A stretch of 63,147 bases of DNA, the filler included, from Octopus bimaculoides (Eukaryota): NCBI RefSeq assembly GCF_001194135.2. It is 10 parts of 9 records of this genome, joined end to end, with 100 filler letters (N's around TTAATTAATTAA, not from the genome) between each part and the next. Parts side by side here need not be neighbours in the genome. Positions count along the whole stretch, not along the records: positions 37,422 to 41,085 come from NC_068982.1; positions 41,186 to 46,770 come from NC_068996.1; positions 46,871 to 52,594 come from NC_068991.1; 7 more parts are not named here. One strand, written 5' to 3'. This document shows positions 39,143 through 52,594 of this stretch, in pieces. Numbering within the stretch: the first letter of the stretch is position 1; each line of letters starts with the position of its first letter. The translations under genes and the position numbers were made by a program. The notes below the pieces were generated by a model. It worked only from the letters and a program-made list of their open reading frames with translations, did not search any database and was not told where the DNA came from.

Positions 39143-39399
39143 GGGTGTTTATACCGCATGCTGACGAACATGTTTTAAGTTCATTAGTTTTCTTGAAAGA
39201 CTTTTCAGCTAATCGGATATCGATTTTTGGTGCAATTTTGCTTATTTATCCACAGAGATTCTACTGACACTGTAACCTCCTCCTATTCAAACGCTCGATG
39301 ATCTAATGCTATATAATAATATTGCCAATTTTATTTTCATGTTATTTTATTTTATACAGCGATCTATCATCGTTGATAAATCATTACAGGTTAGCTTGA

Positions 39400-39530
39400 T
39401 GTTCAAAATTCTGTGAGCTAAACGCCTTGCGTGCCGACAGCACACTTCACTTATATGGCTTCGTAGTTTGCTTGACGACGACAACTTGTCAAAATGGCGG
39501 AAATCAGCGGAACGCATCCACTTCTTAGGT
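39400..39530. promoter_or_regulatory. Candidate bidirectional promoter / first exon (MAEISGTHPLL, 39494-39528, +)
   Basis: CpG-rich patch with YY1-type CAAAATGGCGG overlapping an ATG, then AG|gtttat and a CT-rich tract. Confidence 0.4.
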
Positions 39531-40389
39531 TTATCTTCCCACCTCCATAGCAACATATACGGCCCTAACTCTTCCTTACCCCACCACCGTTCTCATCACA
39601 CCACTTCTTCTTCTTCTTCTTCTTCTATTTCTTTTTTTCCTTTTCTCCTATTTCTTTTCTTCTTTTTGCCCTCCTTCTGCTTTTCATCTTCCTCTTTCCT
39701 TCTTTCTTCTTTTCTTTTTATTCTCCTCTTTTTTTAATGCTACATACCTTAACATACCTTAAATTAAATACAAAACACAAAACAAAACAAAAAAAACACA
39801 AAAAACACAAAAACAAACAAAAAAGTAGGTATAAACACATGAACAAATAAATAAATAAAGACAAAATAAACGAACATGTATTAACAGAGGATACAGATAA
39901 TACAGGCACTCCCCATACACACACATGCACTTACAACACATAGACACACATAGAGGGATACGCATGCGTAGACACATACAATAGGAATACAAAATACAAA
40001 ATGACTGATCGTTAGCAAGGAGGGACACATATAAGAAAGAAGAAAGCAAAGGACCACTGATGAGGTCACAGAAGTGTGACGAAAGAACTCTGAAATATGA
40101 TTAATGTAATGTAATATAAAGCTGAAGCAAGTGAACACCAAATATACAGTGCGTGTGTCTTTATTGGCTAAACTGGCAACATGACCATCCCCAAATACAG
40201 CAATATCTGTTTCAACACACGATTTCACATCAAAAATCTTGCAAAACAAATATATATATATATATATATGCTTGTATGTATGTATATATGTATATAGTAA
40301 AAGAGAAGTATCGAAGCTACCCCATAGGGGAATCGATCCCAGCACCTCTTTCATGTTAATATCAAAGTTATATCAACGTCTCTGTCTAG

Positions 40390-40456
<67 letters not shown>

Positions 40457-41039
40457 TCAAGAAAGAATACCAGGGAGGTATTTTAGATTTATTGGTGTAC
40501 AATTGATGCTGCTGCTTCTGCTGTTGCTGCAACTGTTCATGATATGATCATGAAGATGACGATAATGACGATGATGAAAATTATGATAATTTAGATGAGA
40601 AGTTGGAGGAGAAACGCTGAAGAGGAAAGAGGAGGACAAGGAAGAAGTGAATGGCGGGCTGCACTGCTACTAATATCGCTTCAATTGCTGTCTTCTAGTA
40701 ATGGTTATATACATTATAAAGAGCGGTAGTGAGAGAGAGAGAGAGAGAGAGGAAGAGGGGAGATGAATAGAAGGAGGGAAAATTGGATATGTACATATAA
40801 TTACATACATATATTTATATTATGCATACATATTTTATACTTACACACACATACACACCACGTATATATACATATATGTATATCTATTAGTGTGAATTTG
40901 TAAGTATGATCCTATTATTAATATATATACACATGCACACGTGTATTCATATATTACAAGCTTACATATATAGACAAATTCACATGTATATAAAATACAT
41001 ATATGTAAACTTTCTATCTATATAAACATACATACATAC

Positions 41040-41085
<46 letters not shown>

Positions 41086-41187
41086 NNNNNNNNNNNNNNN
41101 NNNNNNNNNNNNNNNNNNNNNNNNNNNNNTTAATTAATTAANNNNNNNNNNNNNNNNNNNNNNNNNNNNNNNNNNNNNNNNNNNNAT

Positions 41188-41221
<34 letters not shown>

Positions 41222-42745
41222 ATCTAAGTTATATGCACACATTTTTCATAAACATGAGTCCGTTATATTACACCAATGTCGAACATTAGCAAAAATATTT
41301 ACTTCAGTATCCAGATTTCGGTTCATCAGCAACGAAAGAGTTCGGAAGTGATCTCTTCAACCAGAAGAAAATGATTGATATGATGTTAAGTGAATTGGAA
41401 AGCCAGGTTCAATTAATGAAGCTCCTCGTTGTGGTTGCTTAGTATCAGTGACGTCAGAAGAAAATTCTCAGCTTGAGAGACAATATCATTAACTCACTCA
41501 TACATTTGTTATGTGTGTTTCGTCTCAAATGAACATCTGTGAAACATCATTGTCACGCATTATGAAGGACTGATTTCAATCAACAACCTACCTTTAAAAT
41601 CCCACAAACTGTAAATAAAGCCAAAAATTGACGATCGTTCTAAAGTTTGTGAAAGAAATGTTGGTGTTTTTTTATTAACTAACGATACTCATATTATTGA
41701 TTGCATAGTTACATCAGATGATGCATATCATGTGGACGACGACAGATCTGGGTGCAATATACTTCTCATTACAGTTCCTTCAATGTACATTGTGGCTAAT
41801 CATAAATTGTGTCTTTCGAATACAATTCTCAATTCCAGTGTGAACTCGTAGAACATCAATGAAATACTGATATTTTATCTAGATGTTAACATACTTCTGT
41901 TCTGTACTTTCACCGCCTCCGCGTTATGGAACTTCGCCACATTTTTCTAACATCATAACAGCTAGACTTAACGACTAGATGTTATGATGTTAATCTAGCA
42001 AGCTAGACTAATCACTGACTTAGACAACATTGAATATTTTGTGACTTCACTGTTCCAGTTTTCTTCTTGTGGAAATGTTTAAAAAAAAAGAAAAACAAGG
42101 AGGCTACCAATACTACATTCAAGAACTAAGAACTATATTCATTAAACGGATTTTCAGACTTGACAGCTGATTTATGTCTCAAGATTTGCCAATCTGTGCC
42201 CAAAGAACAGCAATCCTGGCACGTTCTAAACTCTGCTTTCAGTTTGGTCAATATTGGATGTTTTATTTATTCAAGTATTTGCAGTAAAGTTTTCTGCATC
42301 AGTTTCTTTTTGCACATATTATCGTACAACTTATGGCAGAATGTTTCGTTTTCCTCTCTCTCTCTCTCTCTCCTCTTCATCCTTCTCACTTTTACTCCTT
42401 CACTCTTCGTACATACACACGCACGCGCACTCACACGTACATACATCATATTTATACAGTTGTAAGGAATTTTTCACGTAGACTAAATGCCAAATCTACA
42501 ATATCAAACAACTTACCCTGAATATTACCTTCGAAAATGTGTTATTTCGTAGAACAAAATCCAGTTTACTGCATCTGCATGTGTCCGAGATTATTGTATT
42601 AACGTTCATTGACAAAAACATTCTACCTATCAAAAAGTGTTATACACTTGTACGTTGTATTGGCAGGAAGTGTAGACATTTTTGGACCCATGACATTACA
42701 ACGTATTTCGATAGTTGTACTTCTGCAAACCGTGAATAAGTGATA

Positions 42746-43655
42746 CGAGGTGGTACCAAAAAGTTCCCGGACTTGTTATGTTTAAATAAAAGATATAACT
42801 TATTTATCAAAAGTTTTAATTAATAACATATCTTTCGAAATAGTCATCATGCACAGAAATACATCGGTCCCAGCATTTCTGCCACTTTTGAAATGGACCC
42901 TGAAAGTCGTTTTCTGTAAGTGGGTCGAGGACCTTCTTCGATTCGTTCTGGATCTCGACAACGGTGTTAAAACGGTAACATTTGAGTTGTATTTTCATTT
43001 TCGGGAAGAGATGGAAGTCCGCTGGTGCTAAAACTGGTGAATATGGCGGATACGGAAGTGATACCTTGTTGTTTTTGGCTAGAAACTCATGAGTGAAGAA
43101 AGCTCGGTGACTGGGTTGCATTGTCGTTGTGAAGAATCCAGTTCTTCACGTTCCACAGACCCGGTTGCCTTCGCCGAATGTCCTTCTTCAAACGCTTCAA
43201 AACGTCGCAACAGAACTCTCAGTTAACGGTGTGGCTCTGAGAGATGAATTCTCGATGCACAATACCACATTTCCTGGGGTGACGCTCATGGCAAGTCTTC
43301 AAGATAGCTCATCGCCATCCAGAGACGTTTATCCGCTTTTGAAGCGCCCGTGCCACTCGAAACATTGCATGCAACCCATTGCCTCGTCGCCGAAAGCTTG
43401 AGGAAGTATGCGAGCAGACTTCCCAAGTTTAAAGCAAAATATCACGTTTGGATCTTTGTTCCTGTCTATGACAAAATCACAACATACATGTGATCACAAA
43501 AACACAAATTTCACAACTTGCAAAGTAAACACAGCGATGTCATTCGGTATAATGCCTCATGAAGGTCACTGCTAGCGCTCACTGCACACCAAACCTGTGC
43601 TGCCATCTCTTGGTGCGCTACAGAACTAGATCGGGGACATTTTGATGCCACTTCG
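42746..43655 (-). mobile_element. mariner element, internally deleted
   Basis: TA + CGAGGTGGTACCAAAAAGTTCCCGGAC with a matching inverted end. PPYSPVLAPADFHLFPKMK...FQKWQKCWDRCI and QAFGDEAM..CFEWHGRFKSG. Confidence 0.9.
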
Positions 43656-43952
43656 AAGCTATAAAATGTTTAATGAATAAAAGAGTTAGTAAAGCCCCGA
43701 ACATATAATTGAAAACATCGATTTATCACATTTCTGTAGACCTTATTATACATATGATCAGCGGCTATAAAAAAAATAATGTCATAAAGTTACTACGTTT
43801 CAATGAGTAAAATCGAACAATATTCAATGTCAAAGACAGGAGGATTTCCTTAGAATAAATACAGAAATCGCTCCTATTCTTCAATACGTATATTCATATC
43901 AGCACGCTCCCATTTTCCTATCTAAAAAATTTCACTGTGCCTCAATCTAATA

Positions 43953-44330
43953 TCAGGTCATCCAATAAGTTCTGTCCGATTTTACCCTTTTTAAAAAATT
44001 GAACGAAATTTAATAGTATTTTATAATGTCTAATGGAATTAGAAATTATTTTTATGCATTTGTGTACATTTAAACTAATTAAATATTATTTTACAGAATA
44101 ACAGAAGTAAAATTTCTTCGATTAAAACCCTTTCTAACATGGAAGTATTTGAGGCATTTAAGGCACATAATGCTTTATGAGTACAAAAAAGGAAACTCTG
44201 CAGCCGAAGTGACTCGAAACATACACTAAGTTTATGAGAAAGAATGCTTGAATTAAAGAACTTGCAGAAGATGGTTTGCAAAATTCAGAAGAGGAGATTT
44301 CAGCCTTGAAATACAATCACTCCATTGATG
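43953..44330 (+). mobile_element. mariner 5' remnant
   Basis: TA + TCAGGTCATCCAATAAGTTCTGTCCG; HLRHIMLYEYKKGNSAAEVTRNI...TCRRWFAKFRRGDFSLE (HTH domain). Confidence 0.85.
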
Positions 44331-44468
44331 AGCCCTTAGAGAACTTTCAAGACCAGCTGCTGACTGATAAGTTTTAAAACCCAAGTGACATATTATTTAA
44401 GTCTCTTCTATATCTTTGCCCTTTGGAATCTGATTCTTAAGGAACATGTTGTTTATTTGTGCATATAA

Positions 44469-44520
<52 letters not shown>

Positions 44521-46099
44521 NNNNNNNNNNNNNNNNNNNNNNNNNNNNNNNNNNNNNNNNNNNNNNNNNNNNNNNNNNNNNNNNNNNNNNNNNNNNNNNN
44601 NNNNNNNNNNNNNNNNNNNNNNNNNNNNNNNNNNNNNNNNNNNNNNNNNNNNNNNNNNNNNNNNNNNNNNNNNNNNNNNNNNNNNNNNNNNNNNNNNNNN
44701 NNNNNNNNNNNNNNNNNNNNNNNNNNNNNNNNNNNNNNNNNNNNNNNNNNNNNNNNNNNNNNNNNNNNNNNNNNNNNNNNNNNNNNNNNNNNNNNNNNNN
44801 NNNNNNNNNNNNNNNNNNNNNNNNNNNNNNNNNNNNNNNNNNNNNNNNNNNNNNNNNNNNNNNNNNNNNNNNNNNNNNNNNNNNNNNNNNNNNNNNNNNN
44901 NNNNNNNNNNNNNNNNNNNNNNNNNNNNNNNNNNNNNNNNNNNNNNNNNNNNNNNNNNNNNNNNNNNNNNNNNNNNNNNNNNNNNNNNNNNNNNNNNNNN
45001 NNNNNNNNNNNNNNNNNNNNNNNNNNNNNNNNNNNNNNNNNNNNNNNNNNNNNNNNNNNNNNNNNNNNNNNNNNNNNNNNNNNNNNNNNNNNNNNNNNNN
45101 NNNNNNNNNNNNNNNNNNNNNNNNNNNNNNNNNNNNNNNNNNNNNNNNNNNNNNNNNNNNNNNNNNNNNNNNNNNNNNNNNNNNNNNNNNNNNNNNNNNN
45201 NNNNNNNNNNNNNNNNNNNNNNNNNNNNNNNNNNNNNNNNNNNNNNNNNNNNNNNNNNNNNNNNNNNNNNNNNNNNNNNNNNNNNNNNNNNNNNNNNNNN
45301 NNNNNNNNNNNNNNNNNNNNNNNNNNNNNNNNNNNNNNNNNNNNNNNNNNNNNNNNNNNNNNNNNNNNNNNNNNNNNNNNNNNNNNNNNNNNNNNNNNNN
45401 NNNNNNATATCTTTGCCCTTTGGAATCTGATTCTTAAGGAACATGTTGTTTATTTGTGCATATAAATGTGTGTGTGTGGGTGGGTGTGCATATGTTCCTA
45501 ATGCATTCCAAAACCGAGTTGCAGTTTTTGACGCATGGGGTATCAAAAGACTCAGTAAGCTTTTGGCTACCAACTAAACAATATTTTAATTCACATATTT
45601 GCATTACAAAAATTTAAGATTATCATTTTTCTTTTAGTCACCTATCGTAAATGACATCTTTTACCACCACTACCACCACCACAGTGACGATGACGTCACA
45701 TTTTCTATGTGTTCGAGCGTTCGTTATGTACGTTAGGCCGATGACGGACAAGTATATGTATGTGACGGTGTTTGTGTCTGTCAGTATACATACATTTTTG
45801 TGACGACTGACACACACAGGAACAAATATAGGCTTGAGGTGTGCGTTAATGTGTGTGTGTCTTAATATATGTATGTGACTCCCCTCCCCCAACAGTGAAA
45901 CGCACTGATATATTGAGAGTTACAACGACTAGGTTTCATTAGTTAGTGAAATGGTTTCACACTTTCAATTTCAACCAAAATTACAGTGTTCGATCAGGAG
46001 ACTGACGATGTGTGAATAATGAAAGTCATGCTTCTCCGAATTAGTCACATCTGTACTATAATAAAGACATTTTCTTAGGCGAGATTTCGTTTTGACTTG

Positions 46100-46313
46100 C
46101 AGAGCTGTCATCTGCGTTCGTTCATTTCTGTAAAAAATTTTATTTATTTACTTTTGTTTTAAAATGAAAGAGAGGAGAAAATGAAAGATGAATGTACGTG
46201 TATATGAAATGGACGTGTGTGTGTGAAAGAGAGAGGGGAGACGAAGAGAGAGAAAGAGCGAAAGAGGGAGAAAGATAGAGAGAGAGGAAGGGAAAAAGAT
46301 AGAGAGAGAAAGG

Positions 46314-46348
<35 letters not shown>

Positions 46349-46690
46349 TGAATGAAAGGGTGTGTTGTCATGTATACATAATGCATCAATACATATGCAC
46401 ACATCTTTTTTGTATGTACATGTGCGTGTGTGAGAGAGAGAGAGAGAGTGAGTGAGTGAACGTGTGTTCTCATGTATGTGTAAATGGCGCTCATTCACTC
46501 CCTCTCTCTCTCTCTCTCTCACACACTTACACACACACACTTACACACACATACATACACACACACACGTTCGTTTCATATACACGTTCATACATTTTTC
46601 ACTTTCTCCTTTCGAATAACGTTAAAACAAAAGTAAATAAATAAGAACTTTTTACAGAAATTAACAAACAAAACAGCTGACCCGGATGGC
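46100..46690. repeat. Foldback element with microsatellite-containing arms
   Basis: 46120-46360 is approximately the reverse complement of 46490-46665. Confidence 0.75.
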
Positions 46691-46949
46691 AGTTCCTTGA
46701 CAACTTTGAGAGTTATAACGGAACATATAAGGAAACATAGCCGCTGCTTATTATCTGTTTACCAAATAATNNNNNNNNNNNNNNNNNNNNNNNNNNNNNN
46801 NNNNNNNNNNNNNNTTAATTAATTAANNNNNNNNNNNNNNNNNNNNNNNNNNNNNNNNNNNNNNNNNNNNTATATATATATATATACAGACATACATGTG
46901 TGTGTGTGTGTATACATACACATATATGTGTGTATATATCAATCTATAT

Positions 46950-47067
46950 TTGTAGAAAGAACATGAATGAGGAAAAGGGGACAAACAGAGAAAAGAATCA
47001 AATACATACACACACACACGCATGTTTTTTTTATACATACACACACACACACACACTCACACACACG

Positions 47068-47107
<40 letters not shown>

Positions 47108-47225
47108 CAAATGTATCTGCATATATTTATGATATATATGTATAAGTCCATATATATGTGTGTGTTTGTGTATGTGTGTTTATTTGGTCCTTTTCTCTGC
47201 TTGTTCTCTTTCTCTCATTTACATT

Positions 47226-47235
<10 letters not shown>
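46950..47235. repeat. Small diverged foldback
   Basis: aaagaacatgaatgaggaaaaggggacaaacagagaaaagaatcaaata pairs with tatttggtccttttctctgcttgttctctttctctcatttacattcttt. Confidence 0.6.
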
Positions 47236-47268
<33 letters not shown>

Positions 47269-47843
47269 TGCATATATATATCCAGAACAAGGAAGAAGAG
47301 AAAAAGAGGAGATAATATATAGTTGTTGAATGGTTAATTCAAATGCTAGAATGCTAGCTGTCTGACATTTAAAAAAAATTGGGTGAATATGGGGTTTCAT
47401 TCATCACTACAATTCTAAATCTCTCTCTGTCTCTCTTTACTTCATGTCTCACTTTCTCTCACAGCACAAATACTCACATACATACAGGCACACAAGCATA
47501 CATTCATTCACATATATATATGCATAAATAGATACATATATATATATACATACATATGCTTGTATTTTCGTAAGTATGCATGAAGGGTTTATATTGTCTT
47601 CTTACAACTTGGACAGAAGTTTCAACTTTTGCCTCTTCAAAGGATATTCTGAGAACGCAGAAGTTACTTCAGTTGATATATGTTGTAAAGAGAACACTAA
47701 ATATCCTCACCTTGTATCCCTTAAGTTCTTTCTTAAGCATTTCAAAATTCACCTAATCAAATTAACCTCTGTCAGTCTGTCTGTCTTTCTGTCTGTCTTT
47801 TTGTCTGTCTCTCTCTGCCCGTGTCTGTCTCTCTCTGCCCGTG

Positions 47844-47932
<89 letters not shown>

Positions 47933-47996
47933 ATATATATATATATATANNNNNNNNNNTCTTTATATATATATATATATATATTTATGGTGACCG

Positions 47997-48327
47997 TTAC
48001 CAACATCGCCTTCCTGGCACTTGTGCCAGTGGCACGTGAAAAGACATTCGAGCGAGTTCGTTGCCAGTGCTGATGGACTGGCTCCTGTGCGGGTGGCACA
48101 TAAAATACACTATTTCGAGCGTGGCCATTGCCAGTACCCACTGACTGGCCTTCGTGCCAGTGGCACGTAAAAGCACCCACTACACTCTCGGAGTGGTTGG
48201 CATTAAGAAGGGCATCCAGCTGTAGAAACTCTGCCAAATCAGATTGGAGCCTGGTGTAGCCATCTGGTTTCACCAGTCCTCAGTCAAATCATGCAACCCA
48301 TGCTAGCATGGAGAGCGGACGTTAAAC
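47997..48327 (+). mobile_element. SINE with an RTE-like tail (same family as 6117-6660)
   Basis: gagtggttggcattaagaagggcatccagctgtagaaactctgcc...catgctagcatggagagcggacgttaaac. Confidence 0.75.
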
Positions 48328-49050
48328 NNNNNNNNNNNNNNNNNNNNNNNNNNNNNNNNNNNNNNNNNNNNNNNNNNNNNNNNNNNNNNNNNNNNNNNNN
48401 NNNNNNNNNNNNNNNNNNNNNNNNNNNNNNNNNNNNNNNNNNNNNNNNNNNNNNNNNNNNNNNNNNNNNNNNNNNNNNNNNNNNNNNNNNNNNNNNNNNN
48501 NNNNNNNNNNNNNNNNNNNNNNNNNNNNNNNNNNNNNNNNNNNNNNNNNNNNNNNNNNNNNNNNNNNNNNNNNNNNNNNNNNNNNNNNNNNNNNNNNNNN
48601 NNNNNNNNNNNNNNNNNNNNNNNNNNNNNNNNNNNNNNNNNNNNNNNNNNNNNNNNNNNNNNNNNNNNNNNNNNNNNNNNNNNNNNNNNNNNNNNNNNNN
48701 NNNNNNNNNNNNNNNNNNNNNNNNNNNNNNNNNNNNNNNNNNNNNNNNNNNNNNNNNNNNNNNNNNNNNNNNNNNNNNNNNNNNNNNNNNNNNNNNNNNN
48801 NNNNNNNNNNNNNNNNNNNNNNNNNNNNNNNNNNNNNNNNNNNNNNNNNNNNNNNNNNNNNNNNNNNNNNNNNNNNNNNNNNNNNNNNNNNNNNNNNNNN
48901 NNNNNNNNNNNNNNNNNNNNNNNNNNNNNNNNNNNNNNNNNNNNNNNNNNNNNNNNNNNNNNNNNNNNNNNNNNNNNNNNNNNNNNNNNNNNNNNNNNNN
49001 NNNNNNNNNNNNNNNNNNNNNNNNNNNNNNNNNNNNNNNNNNNNNNNATG

Positions 49051-49102
<52 letters not shown>

Positions 49103-49152
49103 TTATTAGTTCTAAATCTCTGAATGAGAAACATGCAACAACAGTATGATAG

Positions 49153-49712
49153 AATAAAGCTTATTTGCCAATGTAAAGTGGCAATCCTGATTAGGACCAA
49201 TGTTGCTGTTATTTAGTCCCAGGAAAACACCATCTCCAGCTGGCTATGAATGCACTAACTGCAACCTTATATTTTCGAACAAAGGGGATAGTATCTCCAC
49301 TTGGCTCTAAGCAACATTGGTCTTAATCAGGACTGCTACTTTACATTGGGAAATAAGCTTTACTCTGTGGTACTGTTACTGCCTGTTTCTCTTTCACAGA
49401 TTTAGAACTAATAAATTCTCTATTTATGAGATCAGTAACTGTGTGTCACTTTGAAATGTATATACTTCGAACAAGAACTAGTGTCTTCACCTCTAGCCTA
49501 GCGATTATTCGGTGCTAATGAAAGGAAATAACCCAGGAACCATTGGTATGCAGATATTGCTTAGAGCTGAGTGGGGACACTATCTCCCTTGTTTGAAAAT
49601 ATAAGGATGCAGTTATCGTGTCGATAGCCATCTGGAAATGTTTTGCTGGGACTAAATAACAGTAGCATTGGTCCTAGTCAGGACTGCCACTTTATGTTTG
49701 CAAATAAGCTTT
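49153..49712. mobile_element. MITE (49153-49365, about 50-bp TIRs) plus an inverted partial copy (49556-49712)
   Basis: taaagcttatttgccaatgtaaagtggcaatcctgattaggaccaatg and its reverse complement occur three times. Confidence 0.75.
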
Positions 49713-49766
49713 ACTCTCTCTCTCTCTCTCTTTCTCTTTCTTTCTCTCTCTCTCTATATATATATA

Positions 49767-49820
<54 letters not shown>

Positions 49821-49900
49821 TACACACATATACACAGACATACATAGATACATGCATATTCACACATGCACACACACTTTCTCATATATATATCATCCTT

Positions 49901-49939
<39 letters not shown>

Positions 49940-50679
49940 GTCTTCATCATCATCACCACCACCACCGTTTGATGTCCAGTTTTCCATGCTTGTATGAGTC
50001 AAATAGAATTTGTTGATGCAGAATTTTTATGGTTGGATACTTGTTCTGTTGCCAACCTTCACCTGTTTCTTAGCTAGGTGATAGTTCCCCATGGCAAATG
50101 TTTTTCATGGAAGACTGGAAACAAACAACCTTGCTTATATGGCCACGATACTCATTAACAGACATCATGTGATGCCTAGACAATGGTGCACACAAACGCA
50201 TACACACATACAATGGGATTCTTTCAGTTTTCATCTACTATTCAATGCATGATCTTGCTTGTTGTGGAGCTATAGTAGAAAAACTTGTCCAAGGTGACAT
50301 GCAGTGAGCTTCTTAACCATACACCCATATCTGCACCCTTGTGTATGTGAGTGTGTGTGTGTGTATTCATGTATACATATATTTAATGTAGTTATCATTG
50401 GCATCATGCCTTCTATGTTCTTAGCAATATCAACAAGTCAACAGACCTGCTGGCCAGAGGCACATAGCTTCCCTACTAATGGAGGTAAGAATACAGTCTT
50501 GGTCAGCCTAGGTTGTGAAAATACCTGAAACAAAATTCTTTAAAGCAAAACCTCCTCTGTGTGAGATGGAATTGTCTCCCTTCATCTCCAGTTATGTCCA
50601 AAAGAGGTCACTTTATGTACAATTTCCATTCACAAGTCACAAACAAGGAATTTCATGTCTCTAACATGAATTTTCTCTC

Positions 50680-52105
50680 ATGAAGCCACCAACTAAACAT
50701 CTCACTTTTGGAATTCATGGAAGCAAATTTTCTAGGAACTTTGCATTCTTGACCAACCAAAGTTTGCATCATATGGACCCATTGAGAGATGGTTCAGATT
50801 GTTCTGGGAGCTTTCATTTAATCCTGTATGGCATTCCTTCTTCTTTTAAATGCCATATGTAGTTGGCTAGAGACATAATGTTGCACCTTGCTAAAAAAGG
50901 ACCTGTGGTTATTTTCTCATCACTTAAAGGGGCCCTCCATTACTCCAACATATTTCAATGTCTTCAATGTATGTATCTTTATGTTATTGGTGCTGCTACT
51001 GTTGTTGTTGCTGCTGCTTTTACTGCTGTTGCTTCTGTTGTTGCTGGACAGCACCTCTACCTCATAAACCATGACCTTGGAGTTGCACTGACCACTTCCT
51101 GGGCACTCACTGTTAATCTTACATGAGCATCCTGCCTTTGTATGGGATTTAGAAGTGTTCACTAAAATCTTTTTAATATTGGGTACATAGCTAAATGAGA
51201 CCCATAAGTTGTGTCTATCAAATAATTGTCTGCACCTTTGAGATTGTGTGAAGTGCTTGACCACTAACCTGAGGAGGATCCTTCCCATGAGATCTTGACA
51301 TTTAGTGAGAAGGGTGGTGCAAACTAAATGACCTTTGGTGTTACTTTCTTTTGTGGGTGTTAGGTCTCGGCATATAGAAGATGTGGCCCTTACTGCCAAA
51401 ACCTCATTTTAATAGGGGCCCACAGTGGAAAAAAATCTCTTTATCCAAAGACAGATTTTTAATCCAAAGTCATATGCTCCCATTGAGAGATGGTTCAGAT
51501 TGTTCCGGGAGCTTTCATTTAATCCTGTATGGCATTTCCTCTTCTTTTAAATGCCATTTGTAGTTGGCTAGGGACATAATGTTGCACCTTGCTAAAACAG
51601 CACCTGTGGTTATTTTCTCATCACTTAAAGGGGCCCTCCATTGCTCCAACATATTTCACCATCTTTCTTAAACAAAGTTGGTGGGCGGCAGAAGGATGTG
51701 TTAATGTAAAAGAGTCTTTCATTTGGCTTTTGGTAGGGTCTATATGTACAGGTACCCAAATCAACTGTAACATCTAAAAGTTTAACTATGGCAAGAGTGG
51801 TCACAATTGTAACCTTAAGACCAAGGCAGCTATGCGTGTGAGTTAGGTCCTTCCTAAGCCTATCTAGGGTGTGCCTGCTTGCACCTCTAGACATAGCTAA
51901 AGTGTCAGATCTGTATAGACTAAAAAGGAGAAAGGACTGATGTGAACCTCTTTGTTAAAGTGCCCAGTATATAAAATCCTATGGGGTCACAGATATCCCC
52001 ACTGTTGAATTCTCCCTTTGTTACACCAAAGGAGCCTACTGAGTCAGTTTTTGTGACCCAGGCTGAACCTTTGTTGAACAGTAGGGTTTTCCTAGTGTGC
52101 ATCAT
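50680..52105 (-). mobile_element. Penelope-like element remnant (RT and GIY-YIG)
   Basis: FGVTKGEFNSGDICDPIGFYIL (RT), KLLDVTVDLGTCTYRPYQKPNERLFYINTS..PP (thumb), SFSYVPNIK..CSCK..ECPGSGQC..VY..KYVGVMEGPFK (GIY-YIG). Confidence 0.85.
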
Positions 52106-52119
52106 TACATTTACATCCC

Positions 52120-52402
52120 TATCACTAGCGCCTTGACCTTGCTCCCTGGGACTTTAAGTTGTACACCAAGCTGAAGAAGAACCTCAAGAACTGTTTTTGT
52201 TGAAAATTAAGGAGGCTGTGACCAGGGCCCGGGATACCTCCATAGTGGCAGACTTCCATGGGGCCTTCACAAAGTGCCCATAATGCTACAAGTGCATTGA
52301 AGTTAGAGGATCCTTCTGTGAAGGAGATTAATTTTGTACTTCTTTGAAATTAATAAATGTCTCTTTGGAAAAAGTCTAAAAACTTCTGGAATACATTGTG
52401 TA
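52120..52402 (+). mobile_element. mariner 3' remnant
   Basis: LDLAPWDFKLYTKLKKNLK ... KCIEVRG, followed by a TIR-like AAAAACTTCTGGAATACATTGTG + TA. Confidence 0.65.
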
Positions 52403-52563
52403 TACATACATAGATAGGTACATACATATATACTTACACATATATGTATGTATGTGTGTGTGTATACAAGGTGTATATATACATACATGCACACAGACAC
52501 ACAAATATATATATGTATATACACATACTTTTATATTCATATATACATGTGTATATGTATATA

Positions 52564-52594
<31 letters not shown>

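Noticed and set aside
44408-45476. Direct repeat of about 70 bp flanking a large N gap, resembling LTRs or a TSD
   Set aside because: The same pre-microsatellite flank was assembled on both sides of the gap.
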